DNA of 64,000 bases from an uncultured delta proteobacterium (GCA_963822965.1 CAWGJT010000005.1:1088001-1152000), one strand, 5' to 3'; positions 42,108 to 52,062 are shown, counted from the stretch's first letter. Notes: generated by a model not told the origin, from the sequence alone. Numbers and translations: made by a program.

Positions 42108-42707
42108 ATGAGTGCTTTCGCGCAGAGCATCGATTCCCTGTCCGAGCGCGCGCGCCGCGAGCGTGCGCCCGGCTACGAATGCGTGCGCGAGGGCGACGAC
42201 CTGTGGCGCCTCCGGATCTGGGGATTCCTCCCCCGCGACTGGTGCGGGAACCTCGCCCTGCACTGCTTCGCGGCCGGCCTCGACATCCGCCACGGCGAAG
42301 CCCGCCGCCTGGAGCCGAACCGCTGGGTCGGATCGTTCCTGCTCGGGTCTTCGACCGAGCGAGGCGCCGCGGGCATCGACTTCCTGCGAATGGCCCGGCA
42401 CCGCCCCTCGCTGGCCGGCCGCCACCACGACATCGCCCTCGACTCCTTCGCCGTGGTGCGTCCGGCGGCTTCCGACGAGCCGGTAGTGGTGTCCGTGCGC
42501 GCACCCGACCGCCCGGGCTTCCTGGCGCAGGTGCTGGATTGCTTCGCGGTCTGCGGTCTCGTGCTCGAGAGGCTCTCGGTGCAGACCGTGGGCGAGGTCG
42601 CCTGCGATCGCTTCTGGCTGCGGAGCCCGGACACCGACCCGCGGCTCGTGACGACGATCGAACGACTCGAGGCGGAGCTGCGCGAACGATGCGCCGGCGC
42701 GCGGTGA
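42108..42707 (+). CDS. Stand-alone ACT domain protein (GlnD C-terminal ACT-like)
   Basis: VSVRAPDRPGFL...VQTVGEVACDRFWL; N-terminal half resembles a degenerate second ACT. Confidence 0.7.
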   Translation: MSAFAQSIDSLSERARRERAPGYECVREGDDLWRLRIWGFLPRDWCGNLALHCFAAGLDIRHGEARRLEPNRWVGSFLLGSSTERGAAGIDFLRMARHRPSLAGRHHDIALDSFAVVRPAASDEPVVVSVRAPDRPGFLAQVLDCFAVCGLVLERLSVQTVGEVACDRFWLRSPDTDPRLVTTIERLEAELRERCAGAR

Positions 42708-42713
42708 CGGCGC

Positions 42714-43985
42714 CTACTTCCAGGGCACGACGATGCCCGTCATCTGACGGGCCTGCTCGACCGTGTACCGGATGCGCGCCAGCAGGGTCTGGACCCGCTC
42801 CGCCTCGGCGAGCTCGGCCGCCGCGAGATCCACGTCCCGCAGCACCTCCCCCAGCAGCCGATCCACCTGGCGACGCTCGCCGGCCTCGAGGAACAGCTCG
42901 TTCCGCGCGCGCCGGGCCTGCTCCTCGGCCGCAATCCTCTCGCTCACGTCCTGGAAGCGAAGCGAGACGACCCGCGCGCGTCCCTCGAAGCGCGGGATCG
43001 GCGTCGCGATGATCTCCACCCAGTGTCCGTCTCCCGCCTGCAGCGGGCCGATGGTCTCCTGGCCGGCGCGCGGGCCCTGCAGCAGCTGCCGGCTCAGCTC
43101 CTCCTCGCGAAACGACTCGCCCTCCGCGCCGCGGAACCGCCTCACCAGCAGCGAGATCACGTTGCGCCCGGGCAGCTTGAGGTCGGCGCCCAGCAGCTTC
43201 GAAGCGGCGGGGTTCGAGCGCAGCCAGCCCCCCTGCAGGTCCACGAGGACCAGCCCGTTCGGGTCGTGACGGACGGACTCCACCACGGCCGTCGGCAGCA
43301 GCGAGAAGAGGTGCGTCCGGTAGGCGCCGTAGAGGAACATGCCGCTCGCGCAGCCCAGACCCACGACGGTCAGATCGAAGGGTCGCCAGGCCGGGGGCGC
43401 GTACGAGAGCAGGTTGAAGCCGACGGTCACCGCGATGGCGCCGGCCATCAACAGGGCGTTGCGGCGAACGACCGCGTCGCGCGCCTTCCAGGCGAGCAGG
43501 GCGTAGAGCAGGATCGAGCCCCCGACCATCGCGTAGCCCCAGGGCACGAACACCCACCAGCCCCACAAATGCTCGTTGTTCGCGCCGATCACGGGCGTGA
43601 GGAAGAGACCGTGCAGGGGGTTGGTGATCAGGGCCGCCCACGACAGCGCCGCGATCACGATGGGAGCGCGGATCCACCAGCCTCGCGCCCAGGGGAAAGG
43701 CTGCCCCTGGGCCTCGGCGTAGCGGACCGCGAGGATCCAGCAGGCGGCCGCCGCCGGGATCGCCCCGGTGTAGAGCAGGGCGATTCCCACCTGCTCGGCC
43801 CAAAGATCGGTGGACACCAGGGTGACGGCGTCTCCCACCAGGTACAGGAGAACGAAGAGCTGGTAGAGGAAGAGCACGGGCCGGAGCGCGCGCGGCGGCC
43901 GCCGCACCAGGACCGAGAACGCCATGCCCGCGACCAGGCAGATCGCGATCGCATTCGGCAGCAGGGCAGGCACCACGGCACCCAT
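42714..43985 (-). CDS. HisKA_7TM-like membrane sensor with PAS-like domain, no catalytic output domain
   Basis: About 7 TM helices with LITNPLHGLF; GLVLVDLQG..LRSNPAA...FQDVSER PAS; no H-box, HATPase or GGDEF. Confidence 0.78.
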   Translation of the reverse strand: MGAVVPALLPNAIAICLVAGMAFSVLVRRPPRALRPVLFLYQLFVLLYLVGDAVTLVSTDLWAEQVGIALLYTGAIPAAAACWILAVRYAEAQGQPFPWARGWWIRAPIVIAALSWAALITNPLHGLFLTPVIGANNEHLWGWWVFVPWGYAMVGGSILLYALLAWKARDAVVRRNALLMAGAIAVTVGFNLLSYAPPAWRPFDLTVVGLGCASGMFLYGAYRTHLFSLLPTAVVESVRHDPNGLVLVDLQGGWLRSNPAASKLLGADLKLPGRNVISLLVRRFRGAEGESFREEELSRQLLQGPRAGQETIGPLQAGDGHWVEIIATPIPRFEGRARVVSLRFQDVSERIAAEEQARRARNELFLEAGERRQVDRLLGEVLRDVDLAAAELAEAERVQTLLARIRYTVEQARQMTGIVVPWK

Positions 43986-44207
43986 GCGACGGTCCTCTCT
44001 CGTCCTCGTCCCCGGTGGGGCAGTCTATCAGAGCGCGACAGCACGCTGGCAATTTGATTGGGATCATTCGCGACCGGAACTGGCGTTGGAGGAGAGTGGA
44101 GAAACCTACAGCCTGCCTGCAGGTTTCTCCCGATCGGGCGCTTGCCGCGAACCGCCACTTGGCAAAGCCCCCCGAGGCGGGCCCGACGGCTTCGCTACCG
44201 TCGACAC

Positions 44208-45308
44208 GTGCCTTCCGTCCCCGTCCCGACCCCGGAGCAGTGGATCGCGCTGCTGGGAATCGCCGCTGCGCTGGTCGGGGGCGGCCTGCTGGCCCAGGTG
44301 GCGCTGCGCATCGCCGGGCGCGTGGTCCGCACCGCCGACGCGGTGATCGGCCGCTCCCTGACGAGCCGGCTCTCCCGGCCCGCCTGGCTGCTGGGCCCCG
44401 TCCTCGGTGCGCACGTCGCCCTGCCCCTGCTGCTGGAGCTGCCGGACCCCGTCCAGGCGGTAATCGAGCACGCGGTCTCGATCCTGGTCGTGGTGGCGGC
44501 CGCCTGGACCTTCATCGCCAGCACCGGCATCGCCAAGGACTGGCTGAGCGAGCGCTACGACCTCGACGCCGTCGACAACCTCTCCGCCCGCCGCATCCAC
44601 ACCAAGTTCGACGTGCTGCGCCGCATCCTGGTGATCGTGACGTCGCTGCTGGCCCTGGGCGCCATCCTCTTCGCGATTCCCGGAATGCGCAGCCTGGGGG
44701 CCGGCCTGCTGGCCTCGGCCGGCATCGCGGGCATCGCGGTGGGCATCGCGGCCCGGCCCACCCTCGAGACCCTGCTGGCCGGCCTGCAGCTCGCCCTGAC
44801 GGAGCCGATCAACCTCGACGACGTCGTCATCGTCGAGGGGGAGTGGGGAAGGATCGAGGAGATCCGCGCCACCTACGTGGTGGTCCGCATCTGGGACCAG
44901 CGCCGGCTGGTGGTTCCCGTGAGCTGGTTCCTCACGAAGCCCTTCCAGAACTGGACCCGCGTCACCGCCGATCTGCTTGCAGCGGTCACCGTCGACGTCG
45001 ACTACCGCACGCCCGTCGACAAGGTGCGCGCGGCCGCCGAGAAGATGGTCGCCGAGAGCCCGCAGTGGGACGGAAAATCCTGGGGGCTGCAGGTCGTGGA
45101 CGCAGGCGACCGGAGCATGCGCCTGCGGGTGCTGGCGTCGGTGGGCAGCTCGGGCGACGCCTGGGATCTGCGCTGCGCGGTCCGCGAGAAGCTGATCGCC
45201 TGGCTGCAGACCCACCATCCGGAAGCGCTCCCGCGCCTCCGCGTGGAGTCGGGCGCCGAGGCCTCGCCCCAGGCCGAGAGCAACGACCCGGACGAAGGCA
45301 GCGGCTGA
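44208..45308 (+). CDS. MscS family mechanosensitive channel
   Basis: LLASAGIAGIAVGIAA, EPINLDDVVIVEGEWGRIEEI, PFQNW. Confidence 0.92.
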   Translation: MPSVPVPTPEQWIALLGIAAALVGGGLLAQVALRIAGRVVRTADAVIGRSLTSRLSRPAWLLGPVLGAHVALPLLLELPDPVQAVIEHAVSILVVVAAAWTFIASTGIAKDWLSERYDLDAVDNLSARRIHTKFDVLRRILVIVTSLLALGAILFAIPGMRSLGAGLLASAGIAGIAVGIAARPTLETLLAGLQLALTEPINLDDVVIVEGEWGRIEEIRATYVVVRIWDQRRLVVPVSWFLTKPFQNWTRVTADLLAAVTVDVDYRTPVDKVRAAAEKMVAESPQWDGKSWGLQVVDAGDRSMRLRVLASVGSSGDAWDLRCAVREKLIAWLQTHHPEALPRLRVESGAEASPQAESNDPDEGSG

Positions 45309-45391
45309 GCCGCGCCTGGAAGCGCGACCCAAGACGAAGTCTTGGGTCGCGCTTCCGCCACGAAGGGAGCCCAACGGGCTCCCTCAGCTAG
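45304..45391. repeat. Second copy of the hairpin repeat element between convergent genes
   Basis: 18-bp stem GGAAGCGCGACCCAAGAC-GAA-GTCTTGGGTCGCGCTTCC, then AGGGAGCCC-AAC-GGGCTCCCT and CAGCTAG. Confidence 0.85.
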
Positions 45392-47775
45392 GGCGCCTGG
45401 CAGTAGTCGATGCCCATGTCGCAGAAGTCCTCGAGCCACCCGCTGCAGGACGGGTGCTCGATGGGCGTGCAGGTGGCACGTTCGGTGAAGACGCTGCCCA
45501 GGATCTCGGCGTCCTGCGACGCGTCGCACTTCAGGGTCTGGTCGTCCTCCTGGTCGAACCCGCTGCGCAGGGTGAACGGGGGCGAGCGCCGGATCGGGTC
45601 GCCCTCCCGCCACGTGATGCCCCGGATGCGGAACTCGTAGTCGGTGTCGAGGTTCTGCGCGATCCCGTCGGCGTCGGTCTCGTGGGGCCCCAGCCAGATG
45701 GCGCACCACTCCGCTCGATCGCGGCCGGCGGTCGCCAGGACGGTCACGATCTCCGTCCCGCCGCTGTCCTGGAGGCGCCCGTCCACCTTCGCGACGTCGA
45801 CCTCTCCCTTCCGGTGGATCGAGACCTCGGGAAAGTTGCGGTGACAGCCGGGGGCGGCGGCGTCCTGCTCGAGCTCGTCGAGGCGCGGCAGCGCATCCAG
45901 GAAGCAGTAGGTCGGGTAGTCGCGCTTCGGAATGCGCAGCTGCTTCGTCTCGGCGACGATCCGGTTCTTCGGGTCCGGGTCGGCGCTCGTCGGCTCGAGA
46001 TCGAGCGTCTGGACGATGCCCCAGAGCCCGTCGTCGACGTAATAGGCGGGATGGCCCACGTCCCGGGGCCGGAAGGAGTCCGTCTTTCCCGTCTCGTAGC
46101 TGTAGTCGCGCTTGGGCAGCCACGTCGGGGTGCCGTCGAGCCCCGCGGCGAGCTGGGAGAGCTGCACGGCCAGGTACGAGCCCGTCCCCGGACCGTAGTA
46201 GTCGGAGGCCCCCTCGTAGTACTGGGCGTCGTACTCCTCGGGAGTCGGGAAGTAGGAGACGTGGCCGTTTCCGAATCCGACGATGACGATGCGCTCGGGC
46301 GCGAGGCCGTCCTGCTTCGCGATGAGCCTGCGGGTGCGGGCCCCCATCATGGTGGACATCTCGCCGGGCACCCCCACCAGCACGGTTTCTCCGACCCGCA
46401 GAACCGTGAGCGGCGCCTTCCTGGGCGGCCGGTCCAGGCGGAATCCGTAGCGCCCCAACGACACTCGGATGCGGCCCATGTCGAACGTCAGGGGCGAGAT
46501 CTTCGATCCGTGCTGGGTGCGCCGGTAGCTCGTGACCTCCTCCCGTTGCGCCAGCTCGTAGAGGATGGTGCGGCCGTCGGGCGCACCGCCCAGCTCCGGG
46601 GCGCCTCCGTCCGGCTCGTCGGGGGTCTGTTGCTCGTACTTCTGGTCGTCGAAGGGATCCTCGAACGAGACCGCCGCCAGGGGCTCCACCTCCCGGTACT
46701 GGAAGCCCAGGCTGGAGGTCGCCTCCGCGGTGCCGGGGAGCGCGTCGCACACCTTCTGGGTGATCCGGTCCGACAGCGCCAGCAGGTCGGCGCGGTCGCG
46801 GGTCGACCACTGGGTGGTGACGTCGCCCTGGGCGCCGTTGAAGAGGGCGACCACCGGGAACTCCCCGTCGCCCGCGCAGGCGGCGGGCAGCTCACCGCGC
46901 TCCATGCGCAGCGCCGTGACCCCGAACAGATCGGCCGAGAAGACCTCCACCGTCGGGGGCAGCACGGTGGTGTGGGTCGCCAGGAAGCCCGCGAGGGCGA
47001 TCCGCTTCGAATCGCCGGCGCCGACCACCTCGATCAGGTCCACCCGGGGCGCGATCGCCAGGCACGAAAGCTCGTGAAAGCGCTCAGGCGAGGCCAGGGG
47101 ATGCGTCGCGTATGGAAGTGACGGACAGACGGCGGCCCCGGTGTCCCCAGCGGCCTTCAGGAAGTCGTACGCATCGCGGTTGCGCAGGAACGCGTTGAAG
47201 GCCCGGTTGCGGAAGAAGTCGGGGAGGATCGTATGGCCGGTCCGCAGGACGGCGGCCTGCTGCGAGTCCACGGCCTGGCGGACCGCCTCCGCGATCCGGT
47301 CGGCCAGGAACTCGAAGAGGTCGGCGTCGAAGCCGGGGAGGTGGCTCGAGTAGCTGTTGTAGAGCGGTGAGCTGAAGAAGTTGCCCGGACTCAGGTGGTT
47401 CTCGGTGGCCGTGAGCAGCATGTTCTCGCGCCCGATGTGCCGGGTCGCGTCGTCGTGGCTGAGCTTGTCGGCCACCCGGTCGGCCAGGCCGTTCGGCATG
47501 ATCATCAGGTCGGTCGAGATCAGCACGACCGCCCGGCAGCTCGCGTCCTGCAGGTAGACGGCCCGCGCCTCCAGGGGCGCCCAGGCGCCCCGGGACATGT
47601 GGCTCGCGATGGAGAAGCCGCCCAGCGGGTAGCCCGGCGTGGGCGTCAGATCGACCTTCGCCGCGCCCGCGCGAAAGCCCGCACAGGAGCCCGCCGGAAG
47701 GACGTCTCGCTTGGCGATGGTCCCGTGGATCGCCGCGCACGCCACCACCAGCGCAGACGCCAGGATCGGGAGCAT
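45388..47775 (-). CDS. Neutral/alkaline ceramidase-like protein (probable lipoprotein)
   Basis: AGAAKVDLTP, LEARA, NGAQGDV, GVPGEMST, YFPTPEEY..QYYEG; signal ending VVAC. Confidence 0.82.
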   Translation of the reverse strand: MLPILASALVVACAAIHGTIAKRDVLPAGSCAGFRAGAAKVDLTPTPGYPLGGFSIASHMSRGAWAPLEARAVYLQDASCRAVVLISTDLMIMPNGLADRVADKLSHDDATRHIGRENMLLTATENHLSPGNFFSSPLYNSYSSHLPGFDADLFEFLADRIAEAVRQAVDSQQAAVLRTGHTILPDFFRNRAFNAFLRNRDAYDFLKAAGDTGAAVCPSLPYATHPLASPERFHELSCLAIAPRVDLIEVVGAGDSKRIALAGFLATHTTVLPPTVEVFSADLFGVTALRMERGELPAACAGDGEFPVVALFNGAQGDVTTQWSTRDRADLLALSDRITQKVCDALPGTAEATSSLGFQYREVEPLAAVSFEDPFDDQKYEQQTPDEPDGGAPELGGAPDGRTILYELAQREEVTSYRRTQHGSKISPLTFDMGRIRVSLGRYGFRLDRPPRKAPLTVLRVGETVLVGVPGEMSTMMGARTRRLIAKQDGLAPERIVIVGFGNGHVSYFPTPEEYDAQYYEGASDYYGPGTGSYLAVQLSQLAAGLDGTPTWLPKRDYSYETGKTDSFRPRDVGHPAYYVDDGLWGIVQTLDLEPTSADPDPKNRIVAETKQLRIPKRDYPTYCFLDALPRLDELEQDAAAPGCHRNFPEVSIHRKGEVDVAKVDGRLQDSGGTEIVTVLATAGRDRAEWCAIWLGPHETDADGIAQNLDTDYEFRIRGITWREGDPIRRSPPFTLRSGFDQEDDQTLKCDASQDAEILGSVFTERATCTPIEHPSCSGWLEDFCDMGIDYCQAP

Positions 47776-48061
47776 TCGAAGAAGGGACACGGGGGACCTC
47801 CTCGAAGCGGGACGCGCCGGGTGTGGGATCTTCGCATCCCCGCCCAACCCTACCGCGACCGCGAGCCGTCGGGCCACCGGGGCACCGGCCGCCGAACGCC
47901 GCCCGACCCCGACCCCCGTCGACCCGCTGGCTCGAGGCGAGAACCGACGGCAGGAGCGCGAGCGCTTTGTGCACATTTTCGCCCGGGATTTGTCACGGAG
48001 CGCGTTCCGCGCTCCGGATCTTGTGTCAGACTCAACGGGGGGAGTTCGTCGGTCAGGGCTC

Positions 48062-51000
48062 ATGCATTGCCATTCCTGCCAGACTCCGAACCCGGAAGAC
48101 GCACGCTTCTGCATGCGCTGCGGTCGAGCCCTGGAGACCGACCCGCCCGGCCGAGAACGGGAGGGACAGCGGCGACACATCACGGCGATGTTCTGCGACC
48201 TCGTGGATTCGACCGAGCTCTCCCAGCGCATCGACCCCGAGGAGCTGACCCTGGCGATCGGCTCCTACCAGGACCTGTGCGCGCGACGGATCGCGCGCCA
48301 CGGCGGCACCATCGCCCAGTACCTCGGCGACGGGCTCCTCGTCTACTTCGGCTATCCCGGCGCGCACGAGGACGATCCCGCGCGAGCGGTCCAGACGGCG
48401 CTGGAGATCCTGGAGGAGATGCCCGACGTGAACGCACGGCTCGCCGAGCAGCTCCCGTCGTTGCGCGGCCGGCCCCTCCAGATCCGGATCGGCATCCACA
48501 CGGGCGAGGTCGTGATGGGCACCCTGGGCACGAGCAAGGGGCCCCTCGCCCTGGGCGACACGGTCAACATCACGGCACGTCTCCAGGGCGAGGCCGAGGC
48601 GGGAACCGTCGTCATCAGCGACACCACGCAGCACGTCGTCCGACACCTCTTCGAGCTCGAGAGCCTGGGACCGCGGGCGCTGAAGGGCATCGAGGAGCCG
48701 CTGCACATCTACCGGGCCCGCTCCGAACGGGCGGAGCCGGACGCCGCGGTCGTCGCGACGCTCACGCCCTTCGTCGGCCGCGTGCAGGAGCTTTCGCTGC
48801 TCCTCGAGCAGTGGGAAGAGGCGGCTTCGGGGGCCGGACAGATCGCGCTCGTGAGCGGCGAGCCGGGCATGGGCAAGTCGCGCCTGCTCAAGGTCCTTCG
48901 CGAACGTCTCGAGGACCAGCCGCACACCTGGCTCGAAGGACGCTGCTCGCCGTACTACGAGAGCAGCGCCCTCCATCCCGTGTCGACCCTGCTGCGAACC
49001 GAGATCGAGCTCGAGGGGGAGGACTCGCCGGAGCAGCGGTTCGCGAAGCTCGAGGAGGCGCTCGCGCCCACCGGACTCCCGCTGGAAGAGATGGCTCCCG
49101 TCGTCGCCGGCCTGCTCTCGATCCCCCTGCCCGAGGGTCACCCCGAGCCGCCGTCCAACCCCGAGGTGCAACGGCGGAAGACGCTGGAGTTCCTGGCCAG
49201 CTGGCTCTTCCGGCTGAGCGAGGACGAGCCCGTGGTGCTGGTCGTCGAGGACCTGCACTGGGTGGACCCGTCGACCCTCGAGCTGCTGTCGATGGTGATC
49301 GCAAGGACCGGTGCAGCCCGCCTCTTCCTCGTCCTCACCTTCCGGCCCGGCTTCGAGCCGCCCTGGGACACCCTGCCGAACCTCCGGCGGCTCTCGCTCC
49401 ATCCCCTCACGCGGCAGCAGATGGCGCGGATGATCGAGAGCATCCAGCCCGGCCGCAGCTGGTCGCCCGAGCTGGTGACCCGCCTGGTCGCCAAGGCGGA
49501 CGGAGTTCCCCTCTTCGTGGAAGAGCTGGCCAAGGCGGTGCTCGAATCGGGCGTGCCCGTCGACGATTCCGACGGGGTGCCCGACTTCTCGATCCCGTCG
49601 ACCCTGCAGAGCTCGCTCACGGCTCGGCTCGACCGGCTGGGACCGGTTCGGGAGATCGCGCAGCTCGCGTCCGTGCTGGGTCGCGAGTTCTCCTGGGAGC
49701 TACTCGAAGCCGTCTCCACGTGGGACCCCGCGAGCCTCGAGGAGGGGCTGGCGGAGCTGTGTCGTGCGGGCCTCCTGCACCGCGAGAACCGAGCCGAGCG
49801 TCCGGGCGAGCCGGCTCGCGCCGACTACGTCTTCAAGCACGCCCTGATCCGCGACGCCGCCTACGAATCGCTGCTGCGCAGCGCGTGCCGTCGCATCCAC
49901 CGCCGGGTCGCCCAGGTGCTGGAACGGGACTTTCCCGACCGCGCGGCCAGCGCGCCGGAGCTCATCGCGCGCCACTACGACGAGGCCGAGCTCACGGCCG
50001 AGGCCGCCGTCTACTACCAGCTCGCCGCCGAGCGCGCGGCGGAGCGTTCGGCGAACGCCGAAGCCATCCGACATCTGACCCGCGGCATCGAGATGCTCTC
50101 GCGCGTCCCCCCGAGCCCCGAGCACAGACACCGGGAGCTCAAGCTGCAGACCCAGCTGGGCGTGCTCACGATGGCGGCGGACGGCGCGGCGGATCCCGGC
50201 GTCGAGCGCGTCTTCCAACGGGCGCGGGCGCTGTGCGTCGAGATCGGCCCCGTGACGGAGACCGGTCTGGCCCTCTTCGGGCTCTCGGTCTTCCACCAGG
50301 CCCGCGGCGAGCTCGATACGGCCGTCGAGCTGGGAGACCTGCTCCTGGCCCTGGCCGACCAGACCGGCGATTCCTCCCTGCAGGTCTCCGCGAGCCTGTC
50401 CCTCGGCATCCCCCTCTTCTGGACCGGACAGCCCGGGCGGGCCGTCGAACATCTCGAGCGGGCGGCCGCGCTCTACGACCCGGATGCGCACCGCGCGCTC
50501 GCCTACGCGTACGGCCAGGACCCGGCCGTGTCCGCCCGTTCCTACGACGCCCTGTGTCTGTGGCAGCTGGGCTCCGTGGATCGTGCGGCGGCGCAGAACG
50601 AGATGGCCGTCGCGAGCGCCGACGACGATCTCACCCTGGCGTTCGCGCTCACCTGGGCCGCATGGGTGTCGCAGCTGCGCGGCGACGTGCCCGCCGTGCG
50701 GGACTACGCGGAACGGGTCGGCAGTCTCGCCCGGAAGCGGGGCTACGTGCTGTGGGAGAACCTGGGCGCGGTGCTGCGCGGCTGGGCCGGAGCGGTCGGC
50801 GACCGGAACCTCGCCCGCGTCGAGGAGCTGGAGCAGGCGCTCGCGAAGCTCGCGGAGACGGGCACGCGGATCGTGGGACCGGCCATCGCCGGGCTCTACG
50901 CCGAGGCGCTGACCGGGGTCGGACGACTCTCCGACGCCGTCGCCGCCCTGGACGGCGCCCTCGAGATGGCCGCGTTCACCAAGACCCCGTACCTCGATGC

Positions 51001-51280
51001 CGAGCTGCGCCGGCAGAAGGGCGAGCTGCTCATCCGCATCGATCCATCGCGGCGCGAAGACGCGCTGGCCCTGTTCCAGGGATCGCTCGAGGAGGCGCGG
51101 ACGCGTCAGATGAGGTCGTTCGAGCTGCGCGCCGCCACCAGTCTCGCGCGCGAGCTTCGACGCGACGGGCGCGGGAACGAAGCCCGCTCCGTTCTCGCCG
51201 GGGTGTACGATGGGTTCAGCGAGGGCTTCGCGACTGCGGATCTGCGGGGGGCCCGGACGCTGCTCGACTCGCTGGCCTGA
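48062..51280 (+). CDS. Zn-ribbon + class III nucleotide cyclase + AAA/STAND ATPase + TPR-like protein
   Basis: CHSC...CMRC; FCDLVDST, GDG, RIGIHTG, GDTVNITARL; GEPGMGKS, VEDLHW; FKHALIRDAAY. Confidence 0.93.
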   Translation: MHCHSCQTPNPEDARFCMRCGRALETDPPGREREGQRRHITAMFCDLVDSTELSQRIDPEELTLAIGSYQDLCARRIARHGGTIAQYLGDGLLVYFGYPGAHEDDPARAVQTALEILEEMPDVNARLAEQLPSLRGRPLQIRIGIHTGEVVMGTLGTSKGPLALGDTVNITARLQGEAEAGTVVISDTTQHVVRHLFELESLGPRALKGIEEPLHIYRARSERAEPDAAVVATLTPFVGRVQELSLLLEQWEEAASGAGQIALVSGEPGMGKSRLLKVLRERLEDQPHTWLEGRCSPYYESSALHPVSTLLRTEIELEGEDSPEQRFAKLEEALAPTGLPLEEMAPVVAGLLSIPLPEGHPEPPSNPEVQRRKTLEFLASWLFRLSEDEPVVLVVEDLHWVDPSTLELLSMVIARTGAARLFLVLTFRPGFEPPWDTLPNLRRLSLHPLTRQQMARMIESIQPGRSWSPELVTRLVAKADGVPLFVEELAKAVLESGVPVDDSDGVPDFSIPSTLQSSLTARLDRLGPVREIAQLASVLGREFSWELLEAVSTWDPASLEEGLAELCRAGLLHRENRAERPGEPARADYVFKHALIRDAAYESLLRSACRRIHRRVAQVLERDFPDRAASAPELIARHYDEAELTAEAAVYYQLAAERAAERSANAEAIRHLTRGIEMLSRVPPSPEHRHRELKLQTQLGVLTMAADGAADPGVERVFQRARALCVEIGPVTETGLALFGLSVFHQARGELDTAVELGDLLLALADQTGDSSLQVSASLSLGIPLFWTGQPGRAVEHLERAAALYDPDAHRALAYAYGQDPAVSARSYDALCLWQLGSVDRAAAQNEMAVASADDDLTLAFALTWAAWVSQLRGDVPAVRDYAERVGSLARKRGYVLWENLGAVLRGWAGAVGDRNLARVEELEQALAKLAETGTRIVGPAIAGLYAEALTGVGRLSDAVAALDGALEMAAFTKTPYLDAELRRQKGELLIRIDPSRREDALALFQGSLEEARTRQMRSFELRAATSLARELRRDGRGNEARSVLAGVYDGFSEGFATADLRGARTLLDSLA

Positions 51281-51324
51281 TCGGAGTCGGGCGCTGGGAG
51301 GGACTCGTGGAGGGGGCTGCATCG

Positions 51325-52062
51325 GTGCGGGATCGGGTGCGGACGCGCCGCCGCCGGCTGGTCAAGAGGCACGGCAAGCGCGCGATCCGAAGGCTGGCGT
51401 CCTTCCTGGGAAGACAGTCCCGGGTGGGGGACCCGCCCGTCTTCGACGTCGAGACCTTCCCCTGGGCACGCGACCTCGAGCTCGACTGGCGCCTCGTACG
51501 GGACGAAGCCGCTCGGGTGCTCGCCCGGCGGCGAGAGCTCCCGAGCTTTCCCCAGATCTCCCCGGACCAGAGTCGCATCGCGAACGACGACTGGAAGATC
51601 TTCTTCTTCTACGCGTTCGGATACAAGGACGACGACGCACTGGCCGACTGTCCGGAGACGGCCCGCCTGCTCGCCACCATCCCCCGCCTCGAAACCGCCT
51701 TCTTCTCGATCCTGCCGCCGCGCATCCACGTCCGGACGCATCGCGGCGTGACGAAGGCCGTCGTACGCGGCCACCTCGCACTCATCGTCCCCGGCGAGCC
51801 CGGTGCCTGCCGGATGCGGATCGGCGACGAGGTCCGACACTGGGAGCCGGGGCGCCTGCTCGTCTTCGACGACACCGTGCCCCACGAGGTGTGGAACGAC
51901 ACCGACGAGCACCGCGTGGTGCTGCTCTTCGACTTCCGCCGCCCCATGCGCCTGCCCGGCGAGCTGCTGGCGGCGGCATTCATCCGGGGGCTGCGTCTCA
52001 CGAGGTACGTGCGCGACGGTCTCGCGAACCACGCCGCCTGGAAGGCGGAGTTCCGGCGCTGA
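51325..52062 (+). CDS. Asp/Asn beta-hydroxylase family dioxygenase (LpxO/OlsC-like)
   Basis: CPETARLL, AFFSILPP...HRG, FDDTVPHEVWNDT..RVVL. Confidence 0.88.
   Translation: MRDRVRTRRRRLVKRHGKRAIRRLASFLGRQSRVGDPPVFDVETFPWARDLELDWRLVRDEAARVLARRRELPSFPQISPDQSRIANDDWKIFFFYAFGYKDDDALADCPETARLLATIPRLETAFFSILPPRIHVRTHRGVTKAVVRGHLALIVPGEPGACRMRIGDEVRHWEPGRLLVFDDTVPHEVWNDTDEHRVVLLFDFRRPMRLPGELLAAAFIRGLRLTRYVRDGLANHAAWKAEFRR

Noticed and set aside
44047..44062. Sigma54 promoter TGGCAATTTGATTGGG before the mscS-family gene
   Set aside because: Lacks the invariant GC at -12
47395..52062. 1555-aa plus-strand ORF
   Set aside because: Arg/Pro/Gly-rich off-frame read of the cyclase gene; only the last ~245 aa (dioxygenase) are credible
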